Positions 45,471-56,506 of a stretch of DNA of 64,000 nucleotides are shown piece after piece (position 1 is the first letter of the stretch; each line of letters opens with the position of its first letter). The notes below the pieces were generated by a model that worked only from the letters and a program-made list of their open reading frames with translations, did not search any database and had not been told where the DNA came from. This DNA is from a bacterium (lineage in GTDB: Bacteria > Patescibacteriota > Minisyncoccia > Phycocordibacterales > JAGLPS01), in NCBI GenBank assembly GCA_030690305.1, contig JAUYHB010000020.1, positions 87,535-151,534 on the forward strand. The letters run 5' to 3'. The translations under genes were made by a program, and so were the position numbers.

Positions 45471-46079
45471 ATGTATCACATCTATCACACTGAAGCATTT
45501 GTCATTGGAGGAACCGCCCATGAAGAAGGGAGCCGCCGCGTATATCTTTTTACCCGCGACCTCGGGCTCATACACGCCCTTGCCCAGGGAATACGGGAAG
45601 AAAAATCAAAATTACGGTACTCGCTTCAACCCTACTCGCACACCCACGTGTCTTTGGTGCACGGAAAGACGTGGAGAATAGTTTTTGCCCATACCCAGTC
45701 GAATTTTTTGCACTATTTCGGTCATTTATCCGGGCAGTCGCTCGCGCTTGTCCGTATCCTTTCTCTTGTCCGCAGCCTTGTCGTGGGAGAAGAGAAGAAC
45801 GCCGAACTGTTTTCCATTCTAAAAAACGGATTTCAATTTCTTAAAAGCAATCATACCGAACGGGAAATCAACGCACTAGAGCATCTGATGGTTCTAAAAA
45901 TGCTCAAAAACCTCGGCTACCTTCCCGCGTCACCCGATTTCGACGTGATAAGCGTAGATGCGGAGTTTAACGACAAAATGCTTGATTCGGTTTTTTCCGT
46001 GCAGGCAAAAGCGCTCCGCTTCATAAACACCGCCTTGGCTGAAAGCCAACTACTGCCTAAAAAATCCCCCGTGCTATAA
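45471..46079 (+). CDS. recO: DNA repair protein RecO-like
   Basis: RecO-like N-terminal OB fold (EAFVIGGT...RVYLFTRDLG). Size and position. Confidence 0.55.
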   Translation: MYHIYHTEAFVIGGTAHEEGSRRVYLFTRDLGLIHALAQGIREEKSKLRYSLQPYSHTHVSLVHGKTWRIVFAHTQSNFLHYFGHLSGQSLALVRILSLVRSLVVGEEKNAELFSILKNGFQFLKSNHTEREINALEHLMVLKMLKNLGYLPASPDFDVISVDAEFNDKMLDSVFSVQAKALRFINTALAESQLLPKKSPVL

Positions 46080-46087
46080 TTTTTCAA

Positions 46088-48022
46088 ATGGAACCGACCT
46101 CTCCCGAAAATAAAATAAACAAACTCAAAGATAATCTTTATTCGAGGAAATTCATACCGCAGTCTCCGTACGACCACTCGAAAATGAGCGAGAAAAAGTA
46201 TGAGGTTGGTGGAGAGTGGAAACACGACCAAATTTCTGTTGACGAGGCGCTTAGAGAGAAAAAAGTTCCCCAAAAACGCTCATGGCTCACCATTCTTTTT
46301 GTTGGCGCCGCCGCCTTCTTTCTTCTTTCCGTCGCTACGGCCGTGTATATGTTTTACGGAGGTTCCATTATCGTTTCTTCAAAAAATGTTGATATTTCCG
46401 TGGTTGGCCCAATTTCCGTTCAGGGAGGCGAGGAGTTGACGCTTGATATTCTCATACACAACAAAAACACCGCCGCGCTTGAATCCGCCGTCCTTACGGT
46501 TGAATATCCCCTCGGAACAAAAACCGTCGGAAATTTGGAAGAAGAACTTCTTCGTGACAGGGAAGGCCTCGAGATTATTCCCGCGGGCGGAGTTGTCAAA
46601 AAAACCGTCAAAGCCGTTTTATTCGGTGAGAAAGAGAATATAAAACCGATTAAAATCACTCTTGAGTACCGCATCACGGGATCAAACGCCATCTTCGCAA
46701 AAGAAATCAATTACGACGTAACTATCAGTTCGTCTCCCGTAACACTGAGCCTCAATTATCCCCCGGAAGTAAATGCCAATCAGCCGTTTCAGATAGAAAT
46801 GACAGTTACATCAAACTCAAACGATATTTTGCGGAATCTTTTGCTCAAGACCGAATATCCGTTCGGTTTCCGTTTTGACTCCTCCGTCCCGCAAAGCATA
46901 TCGGAAAATATGCTCTGGAGAGTAGGGGACCTTGAACCGGCGGGGCAAAGAAAGATAGTTATTACGGGGCGGATTGAAGGACAAAACGAAGAAGAACGCA
47001 CATTTCGTTTCGATGTCGGCATCGCAAGCAAAGATGACAATAAAACAATCGGCGTTAATTTTCTTTCCATACTTCAGTCGGTTCTCATAAAGAAGCCGTC
47101 CGTTGACCTTGCGTTAAAAATAAATCAAGAAGATACACAAGAATACATCGCTCCCATTGGGACCAAAATCCCGCTTACCATTGAATGGTTCAACACCTTG
47201 CCTGTTAACGTCTTGAACGGAACACTTGAGGTCAAGCTTTCAGGTTCGGCGCTCGACAGAGCAAGTGTCGTTGCCAAAAACGGAGGTTTCTACCGTTCAA
47301 TAGACAATACCGTCTTGTGGGATAAGAACGGGTATTCTTTCCTCGGCGACCTCGGACCCAAGAAAACGGGCTCGGTCAGTTTTGATTTCTCACTTGTTAA
47401 GGAATTGTCGACGGTAAACGCTTTGCGCAATCCCGAAGTGCTTATCGAAGCGACATTCAAAGGCACCCGTTTTTCCTCCGATGGTACATCGGAGGAAGTG
47501 ATTTCGACTGTAACAAAGAGGATAAAAGTTTCCTCCGGTCTTGTTGCGACCGGACGTGTCGTATATTCGACGGGTCCTTTCTCAAACAGCGGGCCTATTC
47601 CTCCCAAAGCCGAAGTGCCGACAACGTACAGCGTTATTCTTGCGGTCACAAACTCCGTGAACTCTTTGTCGGACGTTGTACTGCATACGTCGCTTCCTCC
47701 GTACGTGTCTTGGCTCAATAAGATCGATACTGCGTCCGAAAGCATTACATTCGATCCGTCCACCCGCGAACTCGTATGGAATATCGGAGATGTTCCCGCG
47801 GGCACTGGTATATCCCTTCCAGTGCGTCAAGTGGCGCTCCAGGTAAGTTTCTTGCCGAGTTTGGGGCAAATAGGCGCAAGCCCTATTCTTTTGAATGCGA
47901 CAAAAATAAGCGGCAAAGACACATTCACTGGCACGACGATTCAAAACGAAATCAACGCCCTTACGACCAAAATGAGTACCGACCCGAACGCATTTCAAGG
48001 CCACGACAGAGTCACGCAATAA
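46088..48022 (+). CDS. Large membrane-anchored surface protein with repeated beta (CARDB/Ig-like) domains
   Basis: Cytoplasmic N-terminus, one TM helix, about 550 aa of repetitive beta-rich ectodomain. Confidence 0.55.
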   Translation: MEPTSPENKINKLKDNLYSRKFIPQSPYDHSKMSEKKYEVGGEWKHDQISVDEALREKKVPQKRSWLTILFVGAAAFFLLSVATAVYMFYGGSIIVSSKNVDISVVGPISVQGGEELTLDILIHNKNTAALESAVLTVEYPLGTKTVGNLEEELLRDREGLEIIPAGGVVKKTVKAVLFGEKENIKPIKITLEYRITGSNAIFAKEINYDVTISSSPVTLSLNYPPEVNANQPFQIEMTVTSNSNDILRNLLLKTEYPFGFRFDSSVPQSISENMLWRVGDLEPAGQRKIVITGRIEGQNEEERTFRFDVGIASKDDNKTIGVNFLSILQSVLIKKPSVDLALKINQEDTQEYIAPIGTKIPLTIEWFNTLPVNVLNGTLEVKLSGSALDRASVVAKNGGFYRSIDNTVLWDKNGYSFLGDLGPKKTGSVSFDFSLVKELSTVNALRNPEVLIEATFKGTRFSSDGTSEEVISTVTKRIKVSSGLVATGRVVYSTGPFSNSGPIPPKAEVPTTYSVILAVTNSVNSLSDVVLHTSLPPYVSWLNKIDTASESITFDPSTRELVWNIGDVPAGTGISLPVRQVALQVSFLPSLGQIGASPILLNATKISGKDTFTGTTIQNEINALTTKMSTDPNAFQGHDRVTQ

Positions 48023-48148
48023 AAGCCAGGCTTTTGTTGCCGTCGCTGGTTCGGAAATGATAATGTAAGAACATTCTCAATTTCACTCACTACGCTAGGC
48101 AATGACACCCCTGTCCACTTGTGAAATCGGAGGGAGAACGTAAAGTTA

Positions 48149-49789
48149 ATGACTATGGCATCGGAGACACTAATGGAAAAAATAATATCCCTTTCAAAAC
48201 GCCGTGGTTTTATATACCAAGGCTCCGAAATTTATGATGGACTGGCGGGAACGTGGGACTACGGACCTTTGGGTGTGGTTTTGAAGCGCAATATCGAATC
48301 TTTATGGAGAAAGCAGTTCGTGGATGAAAGAGATGATATGTATGAGTTGGAAAGTGCCTTGATTATGAATCCGAAAGTATGGGAGGCTAGTGGGCATGTT
48401 GAAGGTTTTTCCGACCCTTTGGTGGAGTGTCAGAAATGTAAAGAGAAATTTAGGGCAGATTATCTAATAAACACAGCATCGGATCTTGAGGCGGTAAAAA
48501 AAGAATGGTATAGACGTGCAAAAAAAATTGATGATGAAATTCAAGCATTACCCTCTTTTAAAGCAAAAGAGGTCTTTCAGCAGTTCGATCCTATTTTAGA
48601 GAAAATAAAAGATGATAAAGAAATTACTTCTGAGCAAAAAATTGCTTTTAATAAAATCTACATAAGAGCAATCAATCATGCCATAGAGGCAAACGAAGCA
48701 AAGATGGAAGTTATAGAGAAAAAGATGGATATTTTGAAAGAATTAATAAACTCAGAAAGTTATATTGGCTTAGTCTTTCATGATTATTTAAACCGATTTG
48801 TATCATGCCCAAGATGTAGAGCGCAAGAAAAATGGAAATCTCCAACTGCTTTCAACATGATGTTTGAGACCCATATAGGGGCCGCACAGGACGACGCTTC
48901 CATGACCTATCTTCGTCCGGAGACCGCACAGGGAATGTTTGTTAATTTTAAAAATATTATCGACTCGTTTCATCCGGAATTACCGTTCGGTATTGCTCAA
49001 ATAGGGAAGGCCTTCCGAAACGAAATCGCTCCCCGCGACTTTATGTTCCGTTCGCGCGAATTTTCGCAGATGGAAATAGAATATTTCGTCCGGGAAAATG
49101 AGTGGGAAAAACATTTTGAAATGTGGCGCAAGGAAATGCTTTCATGGATGGGACGCATCGGACTGTCACCCGCGTCCGTTCACGAATACGAAGTTCCTGC
49201 CGAAGACCGTGCGCATTACTCCAAACGAACGATTGATTTTGAATTTGAGTACCCGTTCGGAAAGAAAGAGTTATACGGCCTTGCGTACCGCACCGATTTT
49301 GACCTCAAAAATCATATGGAAAAAAGCGGGGTGGATTTGCGTTACTACGATGAAAAAGCAAATGAGCGCTTTCTCCCGCACGTTATCGAGCCCACCTTCG
49401 GCATTGACCGAACGGTTATGGCTGTTCTTGCCAGTTCGTACACCGAAGATGAGATGGGGGAGGAGAAACGGGTAGTGTTGAAGTTTCCGTACACCCTTGC
49501 CCCGATTAAGGTGGCGGTCTTTCCTTTGCTTAAAAATCGCCCCGAACTCATTGAAAAGGCAAAAAGCGTATTTGCGAAAGTTAAACAAACCATTCCCTCG
49601 GCTATTTTTGACGACAATGGCAATATAGGAAAACGATACCGAAGGCAGGACGAAATAGGCACGCCGTTTTGCGTTACCGTTGATTTCCAGACGCTTGAGG
49701 ACGGAACCGCAACCGTCCGGGAAAGAAATAGCGGAAAACAGGAAAGAATTTCGATTGACGAACTCTCGTCTTCCTTAAAAGCTGAATAG
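48149..49789 (+). CDS. glyQS: Glycyl-tRNA synthetase, dimeric class II (eukaryote/archaea-like) type with a coiled-coil insertion
   Basis: Class II motifs and GlyRS N-terminus (FIYQGSEIYDGLAGTWDYGP). Confidence 0.85.
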   Translation: MTMASETLMEKIISLSKRRGFIYQGSEIYDGLAGTWDYGPLGVVLKRNIESLWRKQFVDERDDMYELESALIMNPKVWEASGHVEGFSDPLVECQKCKEKFRADYLINTASDLEAVKKEWYRRAKKIDDEIQALPSFKAKEVFQQFDPILEKIKDDKEITSEQKIAFNKIYIRAINHAIEANEAKMEVIEKKMDILKELINSESYIGLVFHDYLNRFVSCPRCRAQEKWKSPTAFNMMFETHIGAAQDDASMTYLRPETAQGMFVNFKNIIDSFHPELPFGIAQIGKAFRNEIAPRDFMFRSREFSQMEIEYFVRENEWEKHFEMWRKEMLSWMGRIGLSPASVHEYEVPAEDRAHYSKRTIDFEFEYPFGKKELYGLAYRTDFDLKNHMEKSGVDLRYYDEKANERFLPHVIEPTFGIDRTVMAVLASSYTEDEMGEEKRVVLKFPYTLAPIKVAVFPLLKNRPELIEKAKSVFAKVKQTIPSAIFDDNGNIGKRYRRQDEIGTPFCVTVDFQTLEDGTATVRERNSGKQERISIDELSSSLKAE

Positions 49790-49853
49790 TATATAAAAAT
49801 AAAGGGCAAAAGCCCTTTTTGGAATAAAAAAACGGCCTTTTAAAATCTGATAT

Positions 49854-50183
49854 TTAAGGCCGTTTTTCTACCTTCTTTCTACCTTTTGAAATGTTCCACT
49901 TTTCACGGAACGCCTTCGCACCTCCGTTTGCGATATAATGTTCCGTAAAATCATCCAAAGATGGAGGACGTCTGACTCCGAAATTCCTGAACTCCTCCCA
50001 GGTAACATGCTTGTTGAAATCCGAGAGAATTTCCCTGCTTTGAGATGACAGGAATTCCTCGAATTCCTCTTTAGGTACTTCTCCCTCCTCCTTTATGTTA
50101 CACAACGCGTGTTGCTCCTCGATCTGTGCTCTGATTTTTTCGGCGAGCTTGCGTTCTTCCAGGGGCAGGTCAATAAGTTTCAT
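49854..50183 (-). CDS. Hypothetical protein (109 aa)
   Basis: AGGAGG RBS. Bracketed by bidirectional terminators. Confidence 0.45.
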   Translation of the reverse strand: MKLIDLPLEERKLAEKIRAQIEEQHALCNIKEEGEVPKEEFEEFLSSQSREILSDFNKHVTWEEFRNFGVRRPPSLDDFTEHYIANGGAKAFREKWNISKGRKKVEKRP

Positions 50184-50363
50184 AGAGCCACCTCCTTTCT
50201 GATGATAAATTCTATATTAAGAACATATTAAAAAACAGAGGCTAACTGTTCACTTCTACCTTTAATTATATCATTATTTTACATAAAGTCAATGATTATT
50301 TTCTCTAATCAAGGCCCTAATATATGCTACAATCGCCATTACGCTTCTAATATTTTTTAGACC

Positions 50364-51638
50364 ATGAAATTTAATCAAACCACTCTTCCAAACGGACTCA
50401 AAATTATCACTATTCCTTTGCACGATGCCCCTACGGTAACCGTTTTGGTCATGGTTGAAACAGGTTCGAAATACGAAACAAAAAATATAAATGGATTGTC
50501 GCATTTTCTCGAACACATGTGTTTTAAAGGAACAAAGAAACGCCCGAGTGCACTTGTCATCAGCCACGAACTCGACGCCCTCGGTGCTCAGTCAAACGCG
50601 TTTACTTCACAGGAGTTTACCGGATATTTTGCTAAAGCGCACAAGAAACACTTTCTCACCCTGCTTGATGTTGTTTCCGACATTTATCTCAATCCGGTAT
50701 TCAATGAAAAAGAAATTGAAAAAGAAAAAGGCGTCATTATAGAAGAAATAAACATGTATCAGGACATGCCCCAACGGCACATCTATGATTTGTTTTTTGA
50801 ACTTTTGTATGGCGACCAGCCTGCCGGTTGGCCCATTGCCGGTCCCAAAGAAAACATACGAATTCTTTCCCGCAAGGATTTTATTGATTACCGCGCCGCT
50901 CATTATGTTGCCTCCGGAACCGCTGTTATTGTTGCGGGTAACATAAATGAAGAAGAGACAAAAGAACATATTGTCCGGCTGTTTTCCGCAATCCCCGCAA
51001 CACCGAAAGAAGACAAAAAACCGGTTGTTGAAAAACAGGAAAAACCTGAAATTCTCGTCAAGCACAAAGACACCGACCAAACGCACCTGATGCTCGGAGT
51101 GCGGGCCTTCCCGATACATCACCCCGACGCTCCAACACTGCGGGTTTTGAGTACCATATTGGGTGGGGGAATGAGCAGCCGCTTGTTTCAAAAACTTCGT
51201 GAGCAGATGGGTGTTGCGTACTATGCCCGTTCGGAAGCCGATTTTTACACGGACCACGGCCATCTTGCGATTACAACTGGTGTTGATAAAAAACGCGTTG
51301 AGGAGGTCCTGTCAGAGATTTTGCAAGAACTTGACCGTTTGAAAAAAGAACCCGTGCCGCAAAAAGAGCTCGACAAAGCAAAAGATTACCTTGTCGGAAC
51401 GATGTATTTGGAACTTGAATCATCAGATTCAATAGCGGAGTATTACGGATACCAGAACGCGCTCCGACGTCCTCTTCAAACGCCCGAAGAGTTTGCGGAT
51501 AAAATAAAAGCGGTAACGGCGGAGGATATTATTCGCGTTGCCAAGGATATAATAACCAACTCTCGCCTCAACTGTGCGGTGATTGGAGACATTTCTTCTC
51601 CCGATATGCTTAGAGAAAAACTTGTTCTGCCTTCATAA
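50364..51638 (+). CDS. M16 family zinc peptidase (pitrilysin-like)
   Basis: Inverted zinc motif HFLEHMCFKG (HxxEH). Extended -10 TGcTACAAT lies upstream. Confidence 0.8.
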   Translation: MKFNQTTLPNGLKIITIPLHDAPTVTVLVMVETGSKYETKNINGLSHFLEHMCFKGTKKRPSALVISHELDALGAQSNAFTSQEFTGYFAKAHKKHFLTLLDVVSDIYLNPVFNEKEIEKEKGVIIEEINMYQDMPQRHIYDLFFELLYGDQPAGWPIAGPKENIRILSRKDFIDYRAAHYVASGTAVIVAGNINEEETKEHIVRLFSAIPATPKEDKKPVVEKQEKPEILVKHKDTDQTHLMLGVRAFPIHHPDAPTLRVLSTILGGGMSSRLFQKLREQMGVAYYARSEADFYTDHGHLAITTGVDKKRVEEVLSEILQELDRLKKEPVPQKELDKAKDYLVGTMYLELESSDSIAEYYGYQNALRRPLQTPEEFADKIKAVTAEDIIRVAKDIITNSRLNCAVIGDISSPDMLREKLVLPS

Positions 51639-51691
51639 AAGGCCATAGGCATTCTCTTCTCATCGCAGAAGAGCGGTGTTATCATAGCAAT

Positions 51692-52759
51692 ATGAATTCA
51701 AAAGACGTCACGGTCCACGTTGACGCGGGGAGTGTGGTAAAAGCTATCGCCATTCTTGCGCTTGCCTACGTGCTCTTCATCCTCCGCGACCTGCTTCTCG
51801 TTATTTTGACCGCGGTTGTGTTTGCCTCCGCTGTTGAGCCAATAACCAAGTGGTTTGTGGGATATAGATTCCCGAGATTACTTGCGGTGATTCTGATTTA
51901 TCTCGGCCTTGCCGTTTCCCTTACCCTTACGTTCTACCTTCTCTTTGTTCCGGTTCTCAACGAAGCCTCAAACGCGCTTTCTTCTCTGTCTCAGTACATC
52001 AGTACGGTAAATACCGACGCGCCCGTTGTTTCCAGTTCTTTTCTTGATGCGAATCCGGCAATAAGACAATTTTCAGGAAGTTTTTCTCTCAAAGAAATTG
52101 CCCAGCAAATCAACCTCGTGGTTTCAAACGTTTCGGGGGGCATTTTTAACACCATAAGTCTCGTGTTCGGAGGACTATTGAGTTTTCTCCTCATACTCGT
52201 GCTTTCTTTTTATCTTGCCGTTCAGGAAGACGGAATTCCCGTGTTTTTGAATATGGTAACGCCGGCGCGCCACCGTTCGTACGTCATAAGTTTGTGGCGC
52301 CGTGCCGAGAAAAAAATAGGTCTGTGGATGCAGGGGCAATTGGTGCTCGTTGTTTTGGTTGCGGTTTTAATTTACCTCGGCCTTACGCTTTTAGGCGTTG
52401 AGCATGCACTTCTGCTCGCCATTCTTGGAGGTATTCTTGAAATTATTCCGCTTTTTGGTCCGGTTATCTCATCTATTCCGGCAATTCTTACCGCCTTTTC
52501 CCAGGACGGCTGGTCGCTTGCCTTAATAGTTATGGGTCTTTACATCATTATCCAACAGTTTGAAAACCAGCTCATTTATCCTCTTGTTGTCAAAAAAGTG
52601 GTGGGAGTTCCGTCAATTGTTGTTATCCTTGCCCTTATTATTGGGGCTAAACTCGGCGGTTTTTTGGGGATTCTTTTATCCGTACCACTTGCGGCGATTT
52701 TGCTTGAATTTTTAAATGACCTTCAGCGCGACATGCTTCACCCGGAAAAAAACGCCTAA
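51692..52759 (+). CDS. AI-2E/PerM (UPF0118) family transporter
   Basis: Eight TM helices with PerM-like topology. Confidence 0.6.
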   Translation: MNSKDVTVHVDAGSVVKAIAILALAYVLFILRDLLLVILTAVVFASAVEPITKWFVGYRFPRLLAVILIYLGLAVSLTLTFYLLFVPVLNEASNALSSLSQYISTVNTDAPVVSSSFLDANPAIRQFSGSFSLKEIAQQINLVVSNVSGGIFNTISLVFGGLLSFLLILVLSFYLAVQEDGIPVFLNMVTPARHRSYVISLWRRAEKKIGLWMQGQLVLVVLVAVLIYLGLTLLGVEHALLLAILGGILEIIPLFGPVISSIPAILTAFSQDGWSLALIVMGLYIIIQQFENQLIYPLVVKKVVGVPSIVVILALIIGAKLGGFLGILLSVPLAAILLEFLNDLQRDMLHPEKNA

Positions 52760-52762
52760 GTC

Positions 52763-54223
52763 ATGGAATCACGAAAGCCTTTCTATATAACAACGACACT
52801 GCCGTATGTGAATGCAAAGCCTCATCTAGGACATGCGGTTGAGCTTGTTCGTGCCGACGTCGCAGCCCGACACAAAGCCTCTCTCGATTTTGACGTTTTT
52901 TTTAACACGGGTACCGATGAGCACGGACAAAAAATTGCGGAGATTGCGAAAAAAGAAAACATCGATACGCAAGTTTTTGTTGACAAAATGGCCGAACACT
53001 TCAAGGAGTTTTGCTCCGCTCTTGCGGTGGGAACGGGGGACTACACTTTTTCGTTTATACGTACAACCAACGCACAGCACGTCTCTGCCGCGCAGGAATT
53101 TTGGCGACAAAGCAAAGAAAAAGGTTTTATTGAAAAGAAAAAATATACCGTTAAATACTGCGTCGGGTGCGAGCTTGAAAAAACGGATTCCGAGCTTGTT
53201 GACGGACGATGTCTTCTACATTCCAATAGGGAAATAGAATTAAGGGACGAGGAAAATTATTTTTTTAAATTCTCCTCATTTCAAAAACAACTTCTTAATT
53301 TGTATCATAGCCGTTCCGATTTTGTTGTACCCGCGACACGTCTCAATGAAATAGAAGCGTTTGTTTCCCGCGGACTGGAAGATTTCAGTATTTCCCGCCT
53401 CAAGGAAAAAATGTCCTGGGGCATTCCTGTGCCCAATGACCCCGACCACGTCATGTATGTGTGGTTTGATGCACTCGTTAATTACATTTCCGCGATAGGC
53501 TGGCCGCAGGACAAAGAAAAATTTAATAAATGGTGGAATGAAACCGGGGGTGTTGTGCAATACTGCGGCAAAGACAATCTGCGCCAGCAGGCGGCCATGT
53601 GGCAGGCTATGCTTATGTCTCTTGGTATTACTCCTTCAAAACAAATTGTCATTGACGGCTTTGTAACCGGAGAAGGAGGAGTAAAAATGTCCAAGTCACT
53701 TGGTAATGTCATAGACCCGCTTGAAATCGTGAAAGAGTACGGCACCGATGCCCTCCGCTATTACGTGCTCCGAGAATTGCATCCGTTTGAAGACAGTATT
53801 TTTACTTCTGAAAGGTTTAAGGAAACCTATAATGCCAATCTTGCGAATGGCCTCGGTAATTTGGTCTCCAGAGTAATGAAAATGGCCTCAACCTATAACA
53901 TAAGACTTCCCAAAGACGCAGTAGCTGGGCAATCACCTGAGTTTGAGAAAAAAATCAACAGTTTTGATTTAAAGGGAGCAATGGATTTTATTTGGGCCGC
54001 CCATATTATGTATGATGACGCATACATACAAAAAGAAGAGCCATTTAAAAAAATAAAAACTGACCCTGAAAAAGCGAAAATAGATATAGAATTCTTACTG
54101 ACCGATTTATTTACCATTGCTAATCATCTCTCATCATTTATGCCTGAAACCTCCAAAAAAATACTATCTCTTCTCAAAGAAAATAAAGCGCCTGAAACCC
54201 CACTCTTTCTCCGAAAGCAATGA
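52763..54223 (+). CDS. metG: Methionyl-tRNA synthetase (minimal form lacking a C-terminal tRNA-binding domain)
   Basis: HLGHAVE (HIGH) and KMSKSLGN motifs. Confidence 0.9.
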   Translation: MESRKPFYITTTLPYVNAKPHLGHAVELVRADVAARHKASLDFDVFFNTGTDEHGQKIAEIAKKENIDTQVFVDKMAEHFKEFCSALAVGTGDYTFSFIRTTNAQHVSAAQEFWRQSKEKGFIEKKKYTVKYCVGCELEKTDSELVDGRCLLHSNREIELRDEENYFFKFSSFQKQLLNLYHSRSDFVVPATRLNEIEAFVSRGLEDFSISRLKEKMSWGIPVPNDPDHVMYVWFDALVNYISAIGWPQDKEKFNKWWNETGGVVQYCGKDNLRQQAAMWQAMLMSLGITPSKQIVIDGFVTGEGGVKMSKSLGNVIDPLEIVKEYGTDALRYYVLRELHPFEDSIFTSERFKETYNANLANGLGNLVSRVMKMASTYNIRLPKDAVAGQSPEFEKKINSFDLKGAMDFIWAAHIMYDDAYIQKEEPFKKIKTDPEKAKIDIEFLLTDLFTIANHLSSFMPETSKKILSLLKENKAPETPLFLRKQ

Positions 54224-55014
54224 GGCCCGATTTTTTCGATATACATTCTCATATTCAATTACCCGAATTCGATTCCGACAGAGATGCGGTAATACAGCGT
54301 TTACGCGAACAAAATACGTGGACTATTACTGTCGGCACCGACAAAGAAAGCTCAAAGAAGGCCGTAGAATCAACACAATTGTTTTCCGGCATATTCGCTG
54401 CAATCGGCCAGCATCCAACGGATGATTCGGAGGCAATATTTGACGAATCTTTTTATTCACAACTTGCCACAGACCCTAAAACGGTTGCCATAGGGGAGTG
54501 TGGACTCGATTATTTCCGTGCCAAAGACGATTCGCGTGAGGAAAAAAAACGGCAGAAAGAAATCTTTGAATCGCATATTGAACTTTCTCTTACACACAAC
54601 AAACCCCTCATGGTTCATTGTCGGGATGCATACGAAGACGTGCTCGATATTCTTGAACTTAGACACAAAGAAGCAGGGGGGAATTTGAAAGGCAACGTTC
54701 ATTTTTTTGCTGGTAACGTGGACATTGCGCGCAGATTCCTTTCCATCGGTTTTACATGCTCATTTACCGGAGTTATCACGTTTACCCCGGACTATGACGA
54801 AGTCATTTCCTACATACCCCTTGAATCAATCCTTTCGGAAACTGACAGTCCGTTTGTCGCTCCTGTGCCGTTTCGGGGAAAACGATGTGAGCCATCTTTT
54901 GTTTCATATGTTGTTGAGCGCATCTCACAGATAAAAAACATTTCTTTGGACGAAGCAAAAAAAGCCATGGTTGATAATGCCTTCCGGGTTTTTCCCCTTT
55001 CATCCCTACACTAG
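54220..55014 (+). CDS. tatD: TatD family metal-dependent hydrolase
   Basis: HSH N-terminus and TIM-barrel TatD motifs. Confidence 0.85.
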   Translation: MRPDFFDIHSHIQLPEFDSDRDAVIQRLREQNTWTITVGTDKESSKKAVESTQLFSGIFAAIGQHPTDDSEAIFDESFYSQLATDPKTVAIGECGLDYFRAKDDSREEKKRQKEIFESHIELSLTHNKPLMVHCRDAYEDVLDILELRHKEAGGNLKGNVHFFAGNVDIARRFLSIGFTCSFTGVITFTPDYDEVISYIPLESILSETDSPFVAPVPFRGKRCEPSFVSYVVERISQIKNISLDEAKKAMVDNAFRVFPLSSLH

Positions 55015-55112
55015 AAGCTTTTTCTTGCGAGAGAACTGGCTTTATGATAGTCTTTCTCCTATCTTGGCTCTTCCGCCTACGCAAGGGTAATAGAGATTAA
55101 AGATAAAAAATT

Positions 55113-55598
55113 ATGAAAAAAGAACAACCAGAAAACGCTGAAAGCATGCGAATATACGAGGTTGGTTACAGTCTCATTCCGACGCTTCCGGAGGAAAAAC
55201 TTTCTGAAACCGTACTCGGTATAAAATCAGCCATTGAAGAAAAACGAGGCGTTCTGATTTCGGAAGATTTTCCGAAAATGAAAGCGCTTGCCTACACATT
55301 AAGCAAAACGTCAGCAGGAAGACGGGAGCACTTTACCCACGCATATTTCGGATGGATGAAATTTGAACTCTCACGTGACGAAGTAACCTCGCTCAAAGAA
55401 AAATTACAGAACGACCCCCTTATTGTGCGTCTTATCCTTATTGAAACAGTACGGGAAAACACACTTGCCACATTGCGTACCCCTTTAATCAGAAAAACGG
55501 AGGAGCCTAAAAAAGATATGCCAAAGCAGGAAGTTTCCCAGGAAGAGTTGGATAAAAGCATAGAAAAACTTGTCGGTGACGCGAAAACAGAAGCGTAG
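55113..55598 (+). CDS. rpsF: 30S ribosomal protein S6 with a C-terminal extension (alternative start at 55146)
   Basis: MRIYEVGY... S6 fold. Precedes ssb and rpsR. Confidence 0.75.
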   Translation: MKKEQPENAESMRIYEVGYSLIPTLPEEKLSETVLGIKSAIEEKRGVLISEDFPKMKALAYTLSKTSAGRREHFTHAYFGWMKFELSRDEVTSLKEKLQNDPLIVRLILIETVRENTLATLRTPLIRKTEEPKKDMPKQEVSQEELDKSIEKLVGDAKTEA

Positions 55599-55655
55599 AC
55601 AGAGAAAATAAAGGGAGATATAGTTAAAACGTCATTCAATCAAAAGACTTAGATT

Positions 55656-56111
55656 ATGTATCTTAACAAAGCACTTCTTATCGGAAACCTTACGCGTGAC
55701 CCTGAAATGCGCTCGCTCCCATCGGGAGTTAAGGTAACTTCTTTTTCTCTTGCGACCAATCGCGTATGGAAAGATAAGGATGGTAACCGCCAGGAAAATA
55801 CCGATTACCACAACATTGTTGTATTTGGGAAGCAGGCTGAAACAGTTGCCCAGTATTTGAAGAAAGGAAGTTCCGCCCTTGTTGAAGGGAGAATGCAAAC
55901 CAGAAGCTGGGATGCCCAGGACGGTTCAAAAAAGTATCGAACAGAAATTATCGCAGACCGAATTCAGTTTGGTCCGCGTAGAGAGGGAGGCACTCCTGCT
56001 CCCACTACGCCAGCATCGAAAGACAAGGAACCTCAGCCGGAAGCAGAGGCTCCCGGAGGAGGAATAGATTATCCGCAAGAAGAAATTAACCCAGACGACA
56101 TTCCATTTTAA
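55656..56111 (+). CDS. ssb: Single-stranded DNA-binding protein
   Basis: OB fold and acidic C-terminal tail (DDIPF). Confidence 0.9.
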   Translation: MYLNKALLIGNLTRDPEMRSLPSGVKVTSFSLATNRVWKDKDGNRQENTDYHNIVVFGKQAETVAQYLKKGSSALVEGRMQTRSWDAQDGSKKYRTEIIADRIQFGPRREGGTPAPTTPASKDKEPQPEAEAPGGGIDYPQEEINPDDIPF

Positions 56112-56116
56112 CCAAT

Positions 56117-56317
56117 ATGAAACAGTGTTTTTTCTCACAAAATAATATAAAGCACATCGACTATAAGGATATAGAAATCCTCAAAAAATTTCTCAATCCC
56201 CACGGCCGACTGCTTTCCAGTAAAAAGACGGGAGTAAGCGCCAAGAATCAACGCAAGCTTTCTATGGCAGTGAAGCGTGCCCGATATATGGCATTATTGC
56301 CTTACGTCTCTCACTAA
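56117..56317 (+). CDS. rpsR: 30S ribosomal protein S18
   Basis: S18 family similarity. Confidence 0.85.
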   Translation: MKQCFFSQNNIKHIDYKDIEILKKFLNPHGRLLSSKKTGVSAKNQRKLSMAVKRARYMALLPYVSH

Positions 56318-56342
56318 AAAACGCCCTTAGGGGCGTTTTTTG
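56315..56342 (+). terminator. Intrinsic terminator after rpsR (no rplI follows)
   Basis: aaaaacgccc-ttag-gggcgttttt followed by tgc. Confidence 0.75.
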
Positions 56343-56407
56343 CTTTACATAAATAAAAACACTGTTTTTTACGCGGATTTCTCTCCCTCTTCCAGTTAGA
56401 GTGAAGA

Positions 56408-56493
56408 ATCTCTTTTTCAGAGACTAGCGAGCGCGACGGCGCGAACTCGAGGAATTTTCTAGTAGGAAAATATCCGTACTCTGAAAAAGAGAT
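56408..56493. repeat. Copy B of the ~86-nt palindromic element. Terminal inverted repeats aatctctttttcagag / ctctgaaaaagagatt.
   Basis: About 87% identity to the reverse complement of 40362-40447, including the core actagcga.cgcgac...ctcgaggaattttctag.aggaaaatatccgt. Confidence 0.7.
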
Positions 56494-56506
56494 TACGAAC
56501 GGCCTT

